From NCBI GenBank assembly GCA_002413795.1, contig DHXS01000009.1:7820-71819 (forward strand): a DNA stretch of 64,000 bases, written 5' to 3'. The notes under the pieces are model-generated. The model ran no database searches. It saw only the letters and a program-made list of their open reading frames with translations, and was not told the origin of the DNA. The stretch comes from Candidatus Saccharibacteria bacterium UBA5150. Lineage in GTDB: Bacteria; Patescibacteriota; Saccharimonadia; Saccharimonadales; UBA4665. Position numbers and translations under genes: made by a program. The stretch's first letter is position 1. The number at the start of each line of letters is the position of its first letter. Shown piece by piece: positions 37,351 to 46,634 of this stretch.

Positions 37351-38171
37351 GGCGTCCCCTTACAGCGGTCATCAATCGCGGTGCCAACTTTTATGCGGGC
37401 CACTAAGCGCTGGCCGTTAATGCCGCCTATTGTGACGCTGCCCGGCTGCTCGGTATTGGAATTCACGCAAATGGCTATATTGGGCTGATTAACCACATCG
37501 CCGTCGCTTATGCCGGGAATGACAGTATTGGCAAAGTCGGTTTGGGAACGCGATGAGGCACTGTTTTTAGGGACCACGAAGACAGTCGTTTGCGAGCCGG
37601 AATCCAGGGTGGCGCCGCCGCCGGTGCCGAAGCTACCGAAGAATCCTATGGCTCCCACAACGTCGGTACCGCTGTATAGCTTACTGACCGTTAAGCTCCA
37701 TTGGGCGTGTTTATTGTCCGTTAAACTGGTAGCCGCCACTGGTTTGGCCTCGGTGAAACTGCTGGATAATACGTTGGTGTTGGTATCGCTGGCGTAGCGC
37801 CGCCCGACTACCGTGTAAACGTTATAGCCGCTGCCGCTGTCGCCGGCAATGTCGAACTGCACCACTTTGCCCAGGAATATGCAGGCCTTGTTGGTCCCCT
37901 GCGTTGTGCCGTTGACCACCGCTGTCTGCGGGCTACCGCTGGCGCCGATGGTGCAAGACAGGCTATTAGTACTCGGGAAAAAGCCGTTGGCCACCTGGTT
38001 GGCAACGTTCTGCAATTGGGTAGCCAAGTCGTTCATGCCCTGCTTAAATTCAGCGTTGGATTGTTTGCCGGAAATAAAGATAGCCGCCAAGGTAAACATA
38101 AAACCCGAAACGGCCAAGAAAATCATGACTTCAATAATAGTGTAACCCCGAGAGTTTCGGCGGGCGCGCAT
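37347..38171 (-). CDS. Type IV minor pilin
   Basis: RG|YTIIEVMIFLAVSG. Confidence 0.85.
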   Translation of the reverse strand: MRARRNSRGYTIIEVMIFLAVSGFMFTLAAIFISGKQSNAEFKQGMNDLATQLQNVANQVANGFFPSTNSLSCTIGASGSPQTAVVNGTTQGTNKACIFLGKVVQFDIAGDSGSGYNVYTVVGRRYASDTNTNVLSSSFTEAKPVAATSLTDNKHAQWSLTVSKLYSGTDVVGAIGFFGSFGTGGGATLDSGSQTTVFVVPKNSASSRSQTDFANTVIPGISDGDVVNQPNIAICVNSNTEQPGSVTIGGINGQRLVARIKVGTAIDDRCKGTP

Positions 38172-38200
38172 GCTCAAAGTATAGCATAAGCACTACCCTG

Positions 38201-39028
38201 TTAGAGCACCGGTGGCAAGAATGTTCGACGGTACCATAACAGGATGGTGTGACCGAACAGCTGTACAACAATTGCGCCCACGATCAGGAATGGCCCGAAA
38301 GGAATGGTGCTGTTGCGCTGCAGTTTTCTGGCGAGCAGTAGCGGCAGGCTGGCCAGACTGCCCAATAGGGCGGCACTGAAGATCATCAGCAGACTGCGGG
38401 CCGGCGTGGCGGCTATTAAGCCAAGCAGCCAGCCCAATTTAACGTCGCCGCCGCCAATCCACTTGCCGGCCGAAACCTGAAACAAAACGTAAAAGACTCC
38501 GCCGCCCACGGCCACCGCCAGTACGGTATTGAGCACTTCTCTGCCCGGATGGACCGCCGTAGCCGCCGCTACGCCGGCAAAAACCAGCGCCACGAGCGTC
38601 AGAGGATACAGCAGTCTGTCGGGCAGTAACAGCCAGCGTAAATCATACACAATCAAGGCCATAAAGCCGGTCAGTAAGGCCAGCCACAGCCCGAAAAGCA
38701 CTGTTTGGCTGCCCTGCACCGGCACTGGCCACCAGAAGTACGAAAGTACAAATAACAGGGCTGTAGCCGCTTCTACCAACGGATATTGACGTGATATCGG
38801 TTTATGGCAGTAGCGGCACTTGCCGCGCAGACTCAGCCAGCTGAACAGCGGCACCAAATCCCTAACGGCCAGCGCGTGCCTGCAGTGAGGGCACATGGAG
38901 CGGCCTTTCAGAATGGAAAGCTCCTGCCCGGTCTTTTTAGACTTTGCCTGCTCGTGGACCCTGTATACCACAGCATTCACAAAACTCCCCAGGGCCAGCC
39001 CCAACACCGCCAGAACAATATAAATCAT
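38201..39028 (-). CDS. pilD: Prepilin peptidase
   Basis: GSFVN, RSMCPHC, GKCRYC, GGGDVKL, IPFGPFL. Confidence 0.95.
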   Translation of the reverse strand: MIYIVLAVLGLALGSFVNAVVYRVHEQAKSKKTGQELSILKGRSMCPHCRHALAVRDLVPLFSWLSLRGKCRYCHKPISRQYPLVEAATALLFVLSYFWWPVPVQGSQTVLFGLWLALLTGFMALIVYDLRWLLLPDRLLYPLTLVALVFAGVAAATAVHPGREVLNTVLAVAVGGGVFYVLFQVSAGKWIGGGDVKLGWLLGLIAATPARSLLMIFSAALLGSLASLPLLLARKLQRNSTIPFGPFLIVGAIVVQLFGHTILLWYRRTFLPPVL

Positions 39029-39051
39029 TAGCAATATGGTAGCACAACAAG

Positions 39052-39073
39052 AAAACAGGCCCCGAAGGGCCTG
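39052..39073 (-). terminator. Terminator after major pilin
   Basis: On the minus strand CAGGCCC-TTCG-GGCCTG followed by TTTT. Confidence 0.75.
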
Positions 39074-39096
39074 CTCAAAGCTTATGGAAGACTAGC

Positions 39097-39600
39097 TTAC
39101 GTATCCAGACACTTGGCCTGGCTTGCCCCTGCTGTTTCAATAGCGTAAACGACTGAGGTTGCTCGACCGGATACCACAATAGTATATTGGGTTCCATTAT
39201 TAGCCGGAGCACCACACTTGGTGCCAAAGGTCACCGTTAATTCTCCAGCATTAGGAGTAACGCTAGTAGCGGTCTTGTCGGCGCCAAAGTTTACGGTAGT
39301 GCTTGCCTGTACCTTGGCAGTAGCGGCAGTACCGTTAGCGTCCTTCAAAGTGACTGCGCTCCCGGCTTGGCTAGAACCATTCTTCGTAGGGAGACCGCCA
39401 TCATTATTAGAGGCAAACTCGGACACGCCCCCGGCGATGGCTGCGGCGTCGTTCTTAATGGCCGTGTTGCGGCCGTTGCGCTGTAAGGCCGGTACGGCCA
39501 GTAAGACAACTAAAATAATTAAACCAGCGATGGCCAGCACGATCATCACTTCGATGATGGTAAAGCCTTCGTTCCTGGATTTTCGTACTCGATTAAGCAT
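39097..39600 (-). CDS. Probable major type IV pilin
   Basis: EG|FTIIEVMIVLAI, C-terminal Cys pair, own promoter, Shine-Dalgarno and terminator. Confidence 0.85.
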   Translation of the reverse strand: MLNRVRKSRNEGFTIIEVMIVLAIAGLIILVVLLAVPALQRNGRNTAIKNDAAAIAGGVSEFASNNDGGLPTKNGSSQAGSAVTLKDANGTAATAKVQASTTVNFGADKTATSVTPNAGELTVTFGTKCGAPANNGTQYTIVVSGRATSVVYAIETAGASQAKCLDT

Positions 39601-39710
39601 TGCAAATGCCCCCTTTGCGTGCCTTTATTATGTGCTTATGCTTTGATCATATCTGGCAATTGGCCTAAATGCAAGCTGACTCGACCGTTTATCCACATCT
39701 TGCGTACCCC

Positions 39711-40940
39711 TTAGCCGCCGCCGGGATTGGTAAAGCCGGATTGGTTCACCAGGCCGTAAATTGGCAATAAAATGGCGGCCACGATAATCAGGGCTATGAT
39801 GCCCATAATCACCATCATGACCGGTTCGATGATGGTGCTGACGTTCTTAATCTCGTTGTCGACCTCTTTTTCGTAGTAGTCGGCTACCTTGGCCAGCATG
39901 GTTTCCATGGCGCCGGACTGCTCGCCGATGTGGAGCATGTTGGGGACCAGTTCCAGGAAATTCGGGTCTTTGCCGATGGCGTCGGATAAGGCCGTGCCGC
40001 CCTTCACTTTTTCGATGGCGTTCTTTAGAGATTTTTCGATGTGGACGTTGTCGACGGCTTCGCCGGTAATTTCCAGCACCTGAATCAGCGGTACGCCGCT
40101 GGCCACCAAGGTGGTGCCGGTGCGGGCAAAGCGGGCCATGTACATTTTCATAAATAGATTGCCGATCGGCCAAGCGCGCATTTTCACTTTATCGATTATA
40201 CTGCGACCGCCAAGGGTGCGAGCCCAGCGGCTGCCAAAGAAGATGGCCAAGCCGAGCAAAATCAGTACCGCCCACCAGCGGTGGGTTATAAAGTGCGAAA
40301 TGGCTAGCAAAAAGCGGGTTACGAACGGCAGTTGGGCGCCCGGCAGGCCGGCATAAATGTTCTGGACCTGCGGCAGGACCTTAACAATCATGAATGTCAC
40401 CACGGCTATCATGACCAGCAGGACGATTAGGGGGTAAATCATAGCGCCGCGGACCTTGCTGATAATGTCGGCGTCTTTTTCCTGCTGGTTGGCCAGGCGT
40501 TCCAGCCCGCTGTCGAGCGTACCGGAAGTCTCGCTGGCGGCTACCAGGCTGACGTAGACCCGGTTAAAGACCCGCGGGTGCTTTTCGAGGGCCACGCTGA
40601 AGGCTTTGCCGCCTTCGACATCGGCAATAACCTGGTTGATAACTACTTTTAGCGGCTTATTGGGCGTCTGCTGGGAAACACTGCGCAGGCTCTGCACCAG
40701 GGGCAGACCGGCGTTTATAAGCGTCGACAGCTGACGGCTGAACAGGACCTTATCTTTGGTCCTAATACGCCTTTTGAAGATTCGGCCACCGGCACTGTCC
40801 TTGGTGGGAACAATCGAAATCGGCGTCAGGCCTTCGTCGTGTATCAGCTTGGCGGCGGCCTGCTCGTTATCAGCCTGAACCTGCGCCTTAACCTTCTCGC
40901 CGGTGGCCGAGTTGCGAGCTTCGTAATTAAAGGTCAGCAT
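39711..40940 (-). CDS. pilC: Type IV pilus platform protein (T2SS F family)
   Basis: FSRQLSTLINAGLPL, AMIYP, GEQSG, EP motifs. Confidence 0.93.
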   Translation of the reverse strand: MLTFNYEARNSATGEKVKAQVQADNEQAAAKLIHDEGLTPISIVPTKDSAGGRIFKRRIRTKDKVLFSRQLSTLINAGLPLVQSLRSVSQQTPNKPLKVVINQVIADVEGGKAFSVALEKHPRVFNRVYVSLVAASETSGTLDSGLERLANQQEKDADIISKVRGAMIYPLIVLLVMIAVVTFMIVKVLPQVQNIYAGLPGAQLPFVTRFLLAISHFITHRWWAVLILLGLAIFFGSRWARTLGGRSIIDKVKMRAWPIGNLFMKMYMARFARTGTTLVASGVPLIQVLEITGEAVDNVHIEKSLKNAIEKVKGGTALSDAIGKDPNFLELVPNMLHIGEQSGAMETMLAKVADYYEKEVDNEIKNVSTIIEPVMMVIMGIIALIIVAAILLPIYGLVNQSGFTNPGGG

Positions 40941-40947
40941 GGGGGTG

Positions 40948-42024
40948 TTAGCTCCTCATCAGCCTGTCCAGCTCATCGATATCAACCGCGTAATTGCGGG
41001 CTTCGTCGTAGGTAATGGTGCCGGCGTGAATCAGGCTGACCAATTGCTTATCCATCGATTGCATGCCGAATTCGGTGCCGGTTTGGATAACGGCTTCCAG
41101 CTGGTGGCTCTTGCCTTCGCGGATGATGTTGCGCACCGCCGGGGTGGCCACCAGGATTTCGGCCGCCGCGATGCGGCCGCCGCCAATCGACGGTATCAGG
41201 CGCTGGGAAACGATAGCCATTAAAATATTGGACAGCTGAGCCCGGATTTGGGGCTGCTGGTGCGGCGGGAAGACGTCAATCATGCGGTCAATGCTCTGCG
41301 AGGCGCTGTTGGTATGCAGAGTGGCCAGCACCAGGTGGCCGGTTTCGGCGATGGTAATGGCGCTGGCGATGGTTTCCAGGTCGCGCATCTCGCCGATCAG
41401 CACAACGTCGGGGTCTTCGCGCAGGGCACTGCGCAGGGCGGCGCTGAACGAATAGGTATCGTAGTGGACTTCCCTCTGTACGATCACCGATTTTTGAGAT
41501 TTGTGGGTGAATTCGATCGGATCTTCGATGGTAATGATGTGCGAGGCCCGTTCCTGGTTGATTTTATGGATCATGGCCGACAGCGAAGTCGATTTGCCGG
41601 AGCCGGTCGGGCCGGTCACCAGCACCAGGCCGCGCGGGAACTCGGTGAATTTATTGACGATTTGCGGCAGACCGAGCTGTTCAATGCTCAGGATCTCGTT
41701 GGGAATCAGGCGCATGGCGGCGGCCAGATTGCCGCGCTCGTGGAAAGCGTTAACGCGGAAGCGGCCCAGGTCGCCATAAGCGAAGCTAAAGTCGAATTCC
41801 TTGTCTTTTAATAGGATTTGCTTCTGGTCTTCGTCCAGAATGGAAAAGACCAGCACTTCGACGGCTTCTTCATTAAGCGGATCGGCGCCGGTTACAGGGG
41901 TCAGAGCGCCGTCGACACGCAGCATCGGCGGCAAGCCTACCTGCAGGTGCAGGTCGGAAGCCTTCTTTTTAATAACTTCGTCGAGTAGGACCTCGATTCT
42001 TGGTTGCGCTGCTGCCATATCCAC
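40948..42024 (-). CDS. pilT: Type IV pilus retraction ATPase
   Basis: GPTGSGKST, TIEDPIE, ALREDPD, AETGH, AVRNIIRE. Confidence 0.95.
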   Translation of the reverse strand: MDMAAAQPRIEVLLDEVIKKKASDLHLQVGLPPMLRVDGALTPVTGADPLNEEAVEVLVFSILDEDQKQILLKDKEFDFSFAYGDLGRFRVNAFHERGNLAAAMRLIPNEILSIEQLGLPQIVNKFTEFPRGLVLVTGPTGSGKSTSLSAMIHKINQERASHIITIEDPIEFTHKSQKSVIVQREVHYDTYSFSAALRSALREDPDVVLIGEMRDLETIASAITIAETGHLVLATLHTNSASQSIDRMIDVFPPHQQPQIRAQLSNILMAIVSQRLIPSIGGGRIAAAEILVATPAVRNIIREGKSHQLEAVIQTGTEFGMQSMDKQLVSLIHAGTITYDEARNYAVDIDELDRLMRS

Positions 42025-42036
42025 CCTTTCTAGTCT

Positions 42037-43854
42037 TTACAGGTTGTCATCGGCCGCTACCCGGTTAATTTCATCCAGCGTAGTCAGCCCGGCCAGAGCT
42101 TTCAGGTAACCGTCCTGCCGCATAGTCACCATGCCTTCTGCCTGAGCGGCGTGCTCGATTTCCGTGCTGGTAGACTGCTTCATGATCAGGCCCTGAATGG
42201 CCTCCGACACGTTAAAGGCCTCAAATAAGCCCACTCGACCCTTGTAGCCGCCTGGCGTGTCGGGGGTATCCGTACCCTTGCTTAAAGTATAAGCGGTTTG
42301 GCTCTTTAAGGGCAAGCTTTTATAGCCCAGATTGGGAGCCAGGCTAGCCGCTTGTTCGGCGGTATCCGGCAGGAGAGACCCGAGCGTGGCCTGGATGGCG
42401 GCCGTTTCGGCGGCCGTCGATTGATAGGTTTGGCGGCCTTCGGGGGCAATGCGCCGCACCAGCCGCTGGCCGATGACGGTACGGACGGTACTGGCAATCA
42501 GGAACGGTTCGACGCCCATATCTAAAAGGCGCGGCAGAATGCCGGCGGCGCTGTTGGTGTGCAGGGTGCTGAACACCAGGTGGCCGGTCAGGGCGGCCTG
42601 GACGGCCAATTGGGCGGTTTCTTTGTCGCGAATCTCGCCGACCATCACCACGTCGGGGTCCTGGCGCAGAATACTGCGCAGGCCCGAGGCAAAGGTCAGG
42701 CCGACCTCCGGGTTGACCTGAATCTGGTTAATGCCGTCCATTTTGTACTCTACCGGGTCTTCCAGGGTGACGATGTTAACGGCGTCGTTTTTGACCTCCT
42801 GGAGCATTGAGTACATCGAAGTCGACTTACCCGAGCCGGTCGGGCCGCTGGTCAGAATCATGCCGTTGGTCTGCTTGAGGCCCTCACGGATAACGTTGAG
42901 CGGCCGGCCGTTGTAGCCCATGTCTTCCAGTTTCAGCGAGGTCCCGGTTTTATCGAGCAAACGGATGACCACCTGCTCGCCCCAGACAATCGGCGCGATG
43001 GCAATACGCAGGTCGATGCTCTTATTATTACCAGCCAGAAAAGTAAACTGGCCGTCCTGCGGGGTGCGGTGTTCGTCGATTTTCAGGTTGGATAAAATTT
43101 TAATGCGCGAGATCAGCGCCGCTTCGGTGTTTTTGGGCAAACGCATGACTTCGCGCAGGACGCCGTCGACGCGGCAGCGTACCTTAACCTCTTTTTCCAT
43201 CGGCTCGATGTGAACGTCGCTGGCGCGGTTTTGGGCGGCGAATTCCAGGATGGCCGACAGGGCTTTGCTGATCGGCGAATCTTCGACCAGATCTTTAATG
43301 CTAATGACTTTGTTCTTGTTGCCTTTAACGGCCGCGGCCGTGCCCTCGGGCTCCTTGCCGGTAGCATCCAGGTGAGATTGCAGGGTGTCGTCAATTTGGG
43401 TGTCCAGGCGGGTACTGTATTGGCGTAATACCTGGCGGATGCCGGCCTCGCTGGCGGCATACACTTTTAGAGGCTTGGCGATGCGGTTGCTCAAAAAATC
43501 GACGGCCTGGACGTTATCGGCGTCCAGCATGGCTACCACCAGCCGGTGCTGCATTTGCCCCAGCGGCACGGCCATGTAGCGCTCGGCGATGTCCTGCGGC
43601 AGTAATTTAAGGATTTTGGGGTCGATTCGGGCCTGCGTCAGGTTAACGTAAGGCACTTTAGTAATGCCGGCGTGGGCTTTGGTCAGCTGTTCATCGGTAA
43701 TGTAGCTGTTCTTAACCATGTAACTAAGCAGGGGTTCACTGGCCTTGTCGGCTTCGGTCTTGGCCTGGGCCAGCTTGTCGGCCGTCACCATGCCGGCTTC
43801 CAACAAGGCAGCCTCTACTTGCTGCTGACTGCTGGCCGATAAAACAACACTCAT
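42037..43854 (-). CDS. pilB: Type IV pilus assembly ATPase (GspE/PilB)
   Basis: ASDVHIEP, GPTGSGKS, LEDPVEY, LRQDPD, TGHLV. Confidence 0.95.
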   Translation of the reverse strand: MSVVLSASSQQQVEAALLEAGMVTADKLAQAKTEADKASEPLLSYMVKNSYITDEQLTKAHAGITKVPYVNLTQARIDPKILKLLPQDIAERYMAVPLGQMQHRLVVAMLDADNVQAVDFLSNRIAKPLKVYAASEAGIRQVLRQYSTRLDTQIDDTLQSHLDATGKEPEGTAAAVKGNKNKVISIKDLVEDSPISKALSAILEFAAQNRASDVHIEPMEKEVKVRCRVDGVLREVMRLPKNTEAALISRIKILSNLKIDEHRTPQDGQFTFLAGNNKSIDLRIAIAPIVWGEQVVIRLLDKTGTSLKLEDMGYNGRPLNVIREGLKQTNGMILTSGPTGSGKSTSMYSMLQEVKNDAVNIVTLEDPVEYKMDGINQIQVNPEVGLTFASGLRSILRQDPDVVMVGEIRDKETAQLAVQAALTGHLVFSTLHTNSAAGILPRLLDMGVEPFLIASTVRTVIGQRLVRRIAPEGRQTYQSTAAETAAIQATLGSLLPDTAEQAASLAPNLGYKSLPLKSQTAYTLSKGTDTPDTPGGYKGRVGLFEAFNVSEAIQGLIMKQSTSTEIEHAAQAEGMVTMRQDGYLKALAGLTTLDEINRVAADDNL

Positions 43855-43869
43855 GGCCGCGAGGTCCTT

Positions 43870-44121
43870 TTATGGCGCACTGGCACTAAAGGGATCAGGG
43901 TTGGGATTCTGACCGATAGTAATCTGCTTGGTGGGGTCGAAAGCCTTGTTGTTGAAGTAAGCGGGATTAGGCGTTGGGAAATCGGCGGTGATCGGCTGGA
44001 CGACTTCGGCCTGTTGTTGGCGGGTCTTGGGCGAGCCAAATAACAGATTGGAAGCCACCAGCGAGATTACGGCGCTTAGAAAAACGACTGCGGCCAGTAA
44101 GGCTAGATCTTTTTGCTTCAT
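43870..44121 (-). CDS. Small membrane-anchored pilus-locus protein (PilP position)
   Basis: N-terminal TM and NPDPF tail; follows pilMNO. Confidence 0.65.
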   Translation of the reverse strand: MKQKDLALLAAVVFLSAVISLVASNLLFGSPKTRQQQAEVVQPITADFPTPNPAYFNNKAFDPTKQITIGQNPNPDPFSASAP

Positions 44122-44795
44122 TTGACCACCTTCTTGGTAATATTAAGGCTTTTAGCGGGCTGGTAATAGGTATGTGCCTTGACGGTCAAGGTCAGGTTAT
44201 TGGCGCCGCCGGCCAGATTGATGGAATCGATCTGGATCGGGCGGATAGACTGCTGAAGAGCCGAGATTAGTTGCTGAACGGATAAATAGTTGGCGTTGCC
44301 GACGCTAAACGAGAACGGCATGGGCACCGGCTGGGGTGACGGGCTGGAGCTGTTGCCCTGCTGGGTCAGCTGGTCGTCAATACCGGTAATGTCAGTAACG
44401 TGCAGGTTGCGGTCGATCAGGATTTTTTCCAGGCTGGAGGTCAGCGCCGGGAAGTCGTAAGCGCTCGGCAAGGCATCCAGCACGATCTTGGTATTATGAC
44501 CGTCGTTATCGCCCTTGCCGTTGCTGCTGCCGCCAATTACGTTGGTAGACTTGCTGTCAAATGCCTGATACGAATCAGCCAGACTGCTAAAGGCTTTGAC
44601 GTTCTTCTGCAATTGGCTGTGGGCCTTTTCTTTAGCGGTGGTAACTTTGGCCTGGTAGCGGGTTTGGACCCATACCGAGTGGGCGGCGAACAGACAGAAG
44701 ATCGTTATGAACGAGGCCGCGGCCACAATGCCGACCACCTGGGCGTTGGCCTTGCCGATGGCGCCCCATTTATCGGAGATTTGTTTATTGGCCAT
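44118..44795 (-). CDS. PilO-like protein
   Basis: TM plus coiled coil, ALP, IRPIQI; follows pilN. Confidence 0.75.
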   Translation of the reverse strand: MANKQISDKWGAIGKANAQVVGIVAAASFITIFCLFAAHSVWVQTRYQAKVTTAKEKAHSQLQKNVKAFSSLADSYQAFDSKSTNVIGGSSNGKGDNDGHNTKIVLDALPSAYDFPALTSSLEKILIDRNLHVTDITGIDDQLTQQGNSSSPSPQPVPMPFSFSVGNANYLSVQQLISALQQSIRPIQIDSINLAGGANNLTLTVKAHTYYQPAKSLNITKKVVK

Positions 44796-45495
44796 TGGTT
44801 GCTCCCTTGCTGGTTGGCGGCGCGGCCTGGAACAAATCGGTCGGTTGGGTGGCTTCGGAACGGGTGGTCACCTGGGTAGGTACATCCAGTTTAACTTTTT
44901 GGGTGATGTCGAAAATTGTCTTGTCATAAGACAAAGTAATGGTATAGGAAGCCGCCTGTGAGGGATTCTTGGTGTCGTTATTCAAAGCAAAACTACCCAG
45001 CACAATATTGTTAAAGGCCGCCGCGGCCTTGCTATTGGTGTCGGTGGTATATTTGGTGAACTTCAGTGTATCGACATACTTGTTGACGTTACTCAGGGCA
45101 TCGGCCGTGCCGGTAATGGTGACGGTCTGCTGGGTAAAATCAATATCGAAAGTGCTGATGGCGACCTGGGTCGGGGTAACCTGGTTCAGGTAATCAAACA
45201 GCTGTGAGGCGGCCGGCTTGGCGTCGTGCAGGGCGGTCAGGCTTTCCAGCTGGTTCTGGACGGTCAGAATTTTGGTAATCTGCGGCTCTTTCTGCAGTTT
45301 TTGGCTGTCGGTGGCAATATCGCGGCTCAAATCGGACAAATGTTTCTTTTGCAGGCCACTGACGCTCAATAATAAGAGTAAAAGCACCAGTGAGGCGGTG
45401 CCGACTATAAGGGCGATGCTGACCGCCAGGCGCCGGGCGCGCTGGGCCTTAATGTATTCCAGTTTGACGTCGGGAAGCAGGTTAAGCTGGATCAT
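44785..45495 (-). CDS. pilN: PilN-like protein
   Basis: N-terminal QLNLLP motif, TM, ITGTA. Confidence 0.82.
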   Translation of the reverse strand: MIQLNLLPDVKLEYIKAQRARRLAVSIALIVGTASLVLLLLLLSVSGLQKKHLSDLSRDIATDSQKLQKEPQITKILTVQNQLESLTALHDAKPAASQLFDYLNQVTPTQVAISTFDIDFTQQTVTITGTADALSNVNKYVDTLKFTKYTTDTNSKAAAAFNNIVLGSFALNNDTKNPSQAASYTITLSYDKTIFDITQKVKLDVPTQVTTRSEATQPTDLFQAAPPTSKGATNGQ

Positions 45496-46535
45496 GACGC
45501 ACTCCTCTGGGCCAGCCCGGCGGCCACGCCGAACTGGTTAGATACCGCCGCCAGCTCGTTCTGGCGCTCCAGGCTGAAGCCGACGTTGCGCCAGGCATTG
45601 CCAATCTCAACGCTCATACCGAACTTATTAGCCACGTACAGGGGGAATTCGGGCAGAACCGAGGCGCCGCCGCTGACAATAATGTGCTCCAGCTTGCTAC
45701 TGCTGTAGCGGGTCTGGAAGAACTTAATAGACTTTTCAATTTCGGCCGTTAACAGGTCGATTGTCGAGTTAATCGACTGGAAGACCTGCCCTTCCAGCTT
45801 GTCTTTGCTTAGGCCAAATTTAAAGACGAATTGCTCGGCCTGCTTGGCATCGATGTTAAGGTTTTGGGTGGCGGCCCGCACAATCGCTTCCACGCCGGTC
45901 GGAATACTGCGGGTTAGGCTGGGTACGCCGTTGCGCAAAATCACCAGGTCGGTCGACAAGCGACCCATATCGAGTATTAGTTGCGGTTCGGCATCCGGCG
46001 CGGCCAGGGCGCGGGCCATAGCCAGATTGTCCGGCTCAAAAGCAATAACGTTCAGCCCGATCGACTCCAGCAGGTCCAGCCGGCCCTCGATGAACTTGTT
46101 GGGAACAGAGGTCAGCAGGACTTCCTGTTTGGTCTTATCAACTTCCGAATCGCCGATCAGCGCCCAGTCAATCTTGGATTCGGCCAGCGGCGTCGGAATC
46201 AGCGAATCGGCCTGGTAACGGATAGCCTGGTCGAGTTCGGAGTTGGGCAGGCGGTCGGCATCGGCCACCGTCGTGAAAACCCGGCTGGAGGGAATGCCCA
46301 CGGCCACGTTCTTGGTGCCAACCTTGGCCTGGGCCACCAGCTGAGCGATTAACTTGGCCAGTTTCTGCTGGTCACCCTTGGCTTCGCTGAGCGATAAGTT
46401 GCCTTCCAGCGGCACGTAAGCGTACTTCAGCAAGGCCTTCGGCACGGTGTTACCACGCAGTTCGACCAGCCGCACGGCGGTTGAACCGATATCGAGGCCG
46501 AAAAAGTCGGCGTGGCCGGCGTCAAAAATGCTCAT
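45492..46535 (-). CDS. pilM: Type IV pilus assembly protein PilM
   Basis: GLDIGS, LDMG, SGGAS, AAGLA actin-like motifs. Confidence 0.92.
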   Translation of the reverse strand: MSIFDAGHADFFGLDIGSTAVRLVELRGNTVPKALLKYAYVPLEGNLSLSEAKGDQQKLAKLIAQLVAQAKVGTKNVAVGIPSSRVFTTVADADRLPNSELDQAIRYQADSLIPTPLAESKIDWALIGDSEVDKTKQEVLLTSVPNKFIEGRLDLLESIGLNVIAFEPDNLAMARALAAPDAEPQLILDMGRLSTDLVILRNGVPSLTRSIPTGVEAIVRAATQNLNIDAKQAEQFVFKFGLSKDKLEGQVFQSINSTIDLLTAEIEKSIKFFQTRYSSSKLEHIIVSGGASVLPEFPLYVANKFGMSVEIGNAWRNVGFSLERQNELAAVSNQFGVAAGLAQRSAS

Positions 46536-46634
46536 AATCTAGCTCCGATTATAGCATAAGCGTGATCTGTTATGGTTATGGCCCACCCCATAGTTGCTGT
46601 TTATTTCCTGCTTACTTTTTACCCTTTAAGCTTA

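Noticed and set aside
39689..39697. DnaA box TTATCCACA as replication origin
   Set aside because: Isolated box, with no cluster and no dnaA/dnaN nearby.
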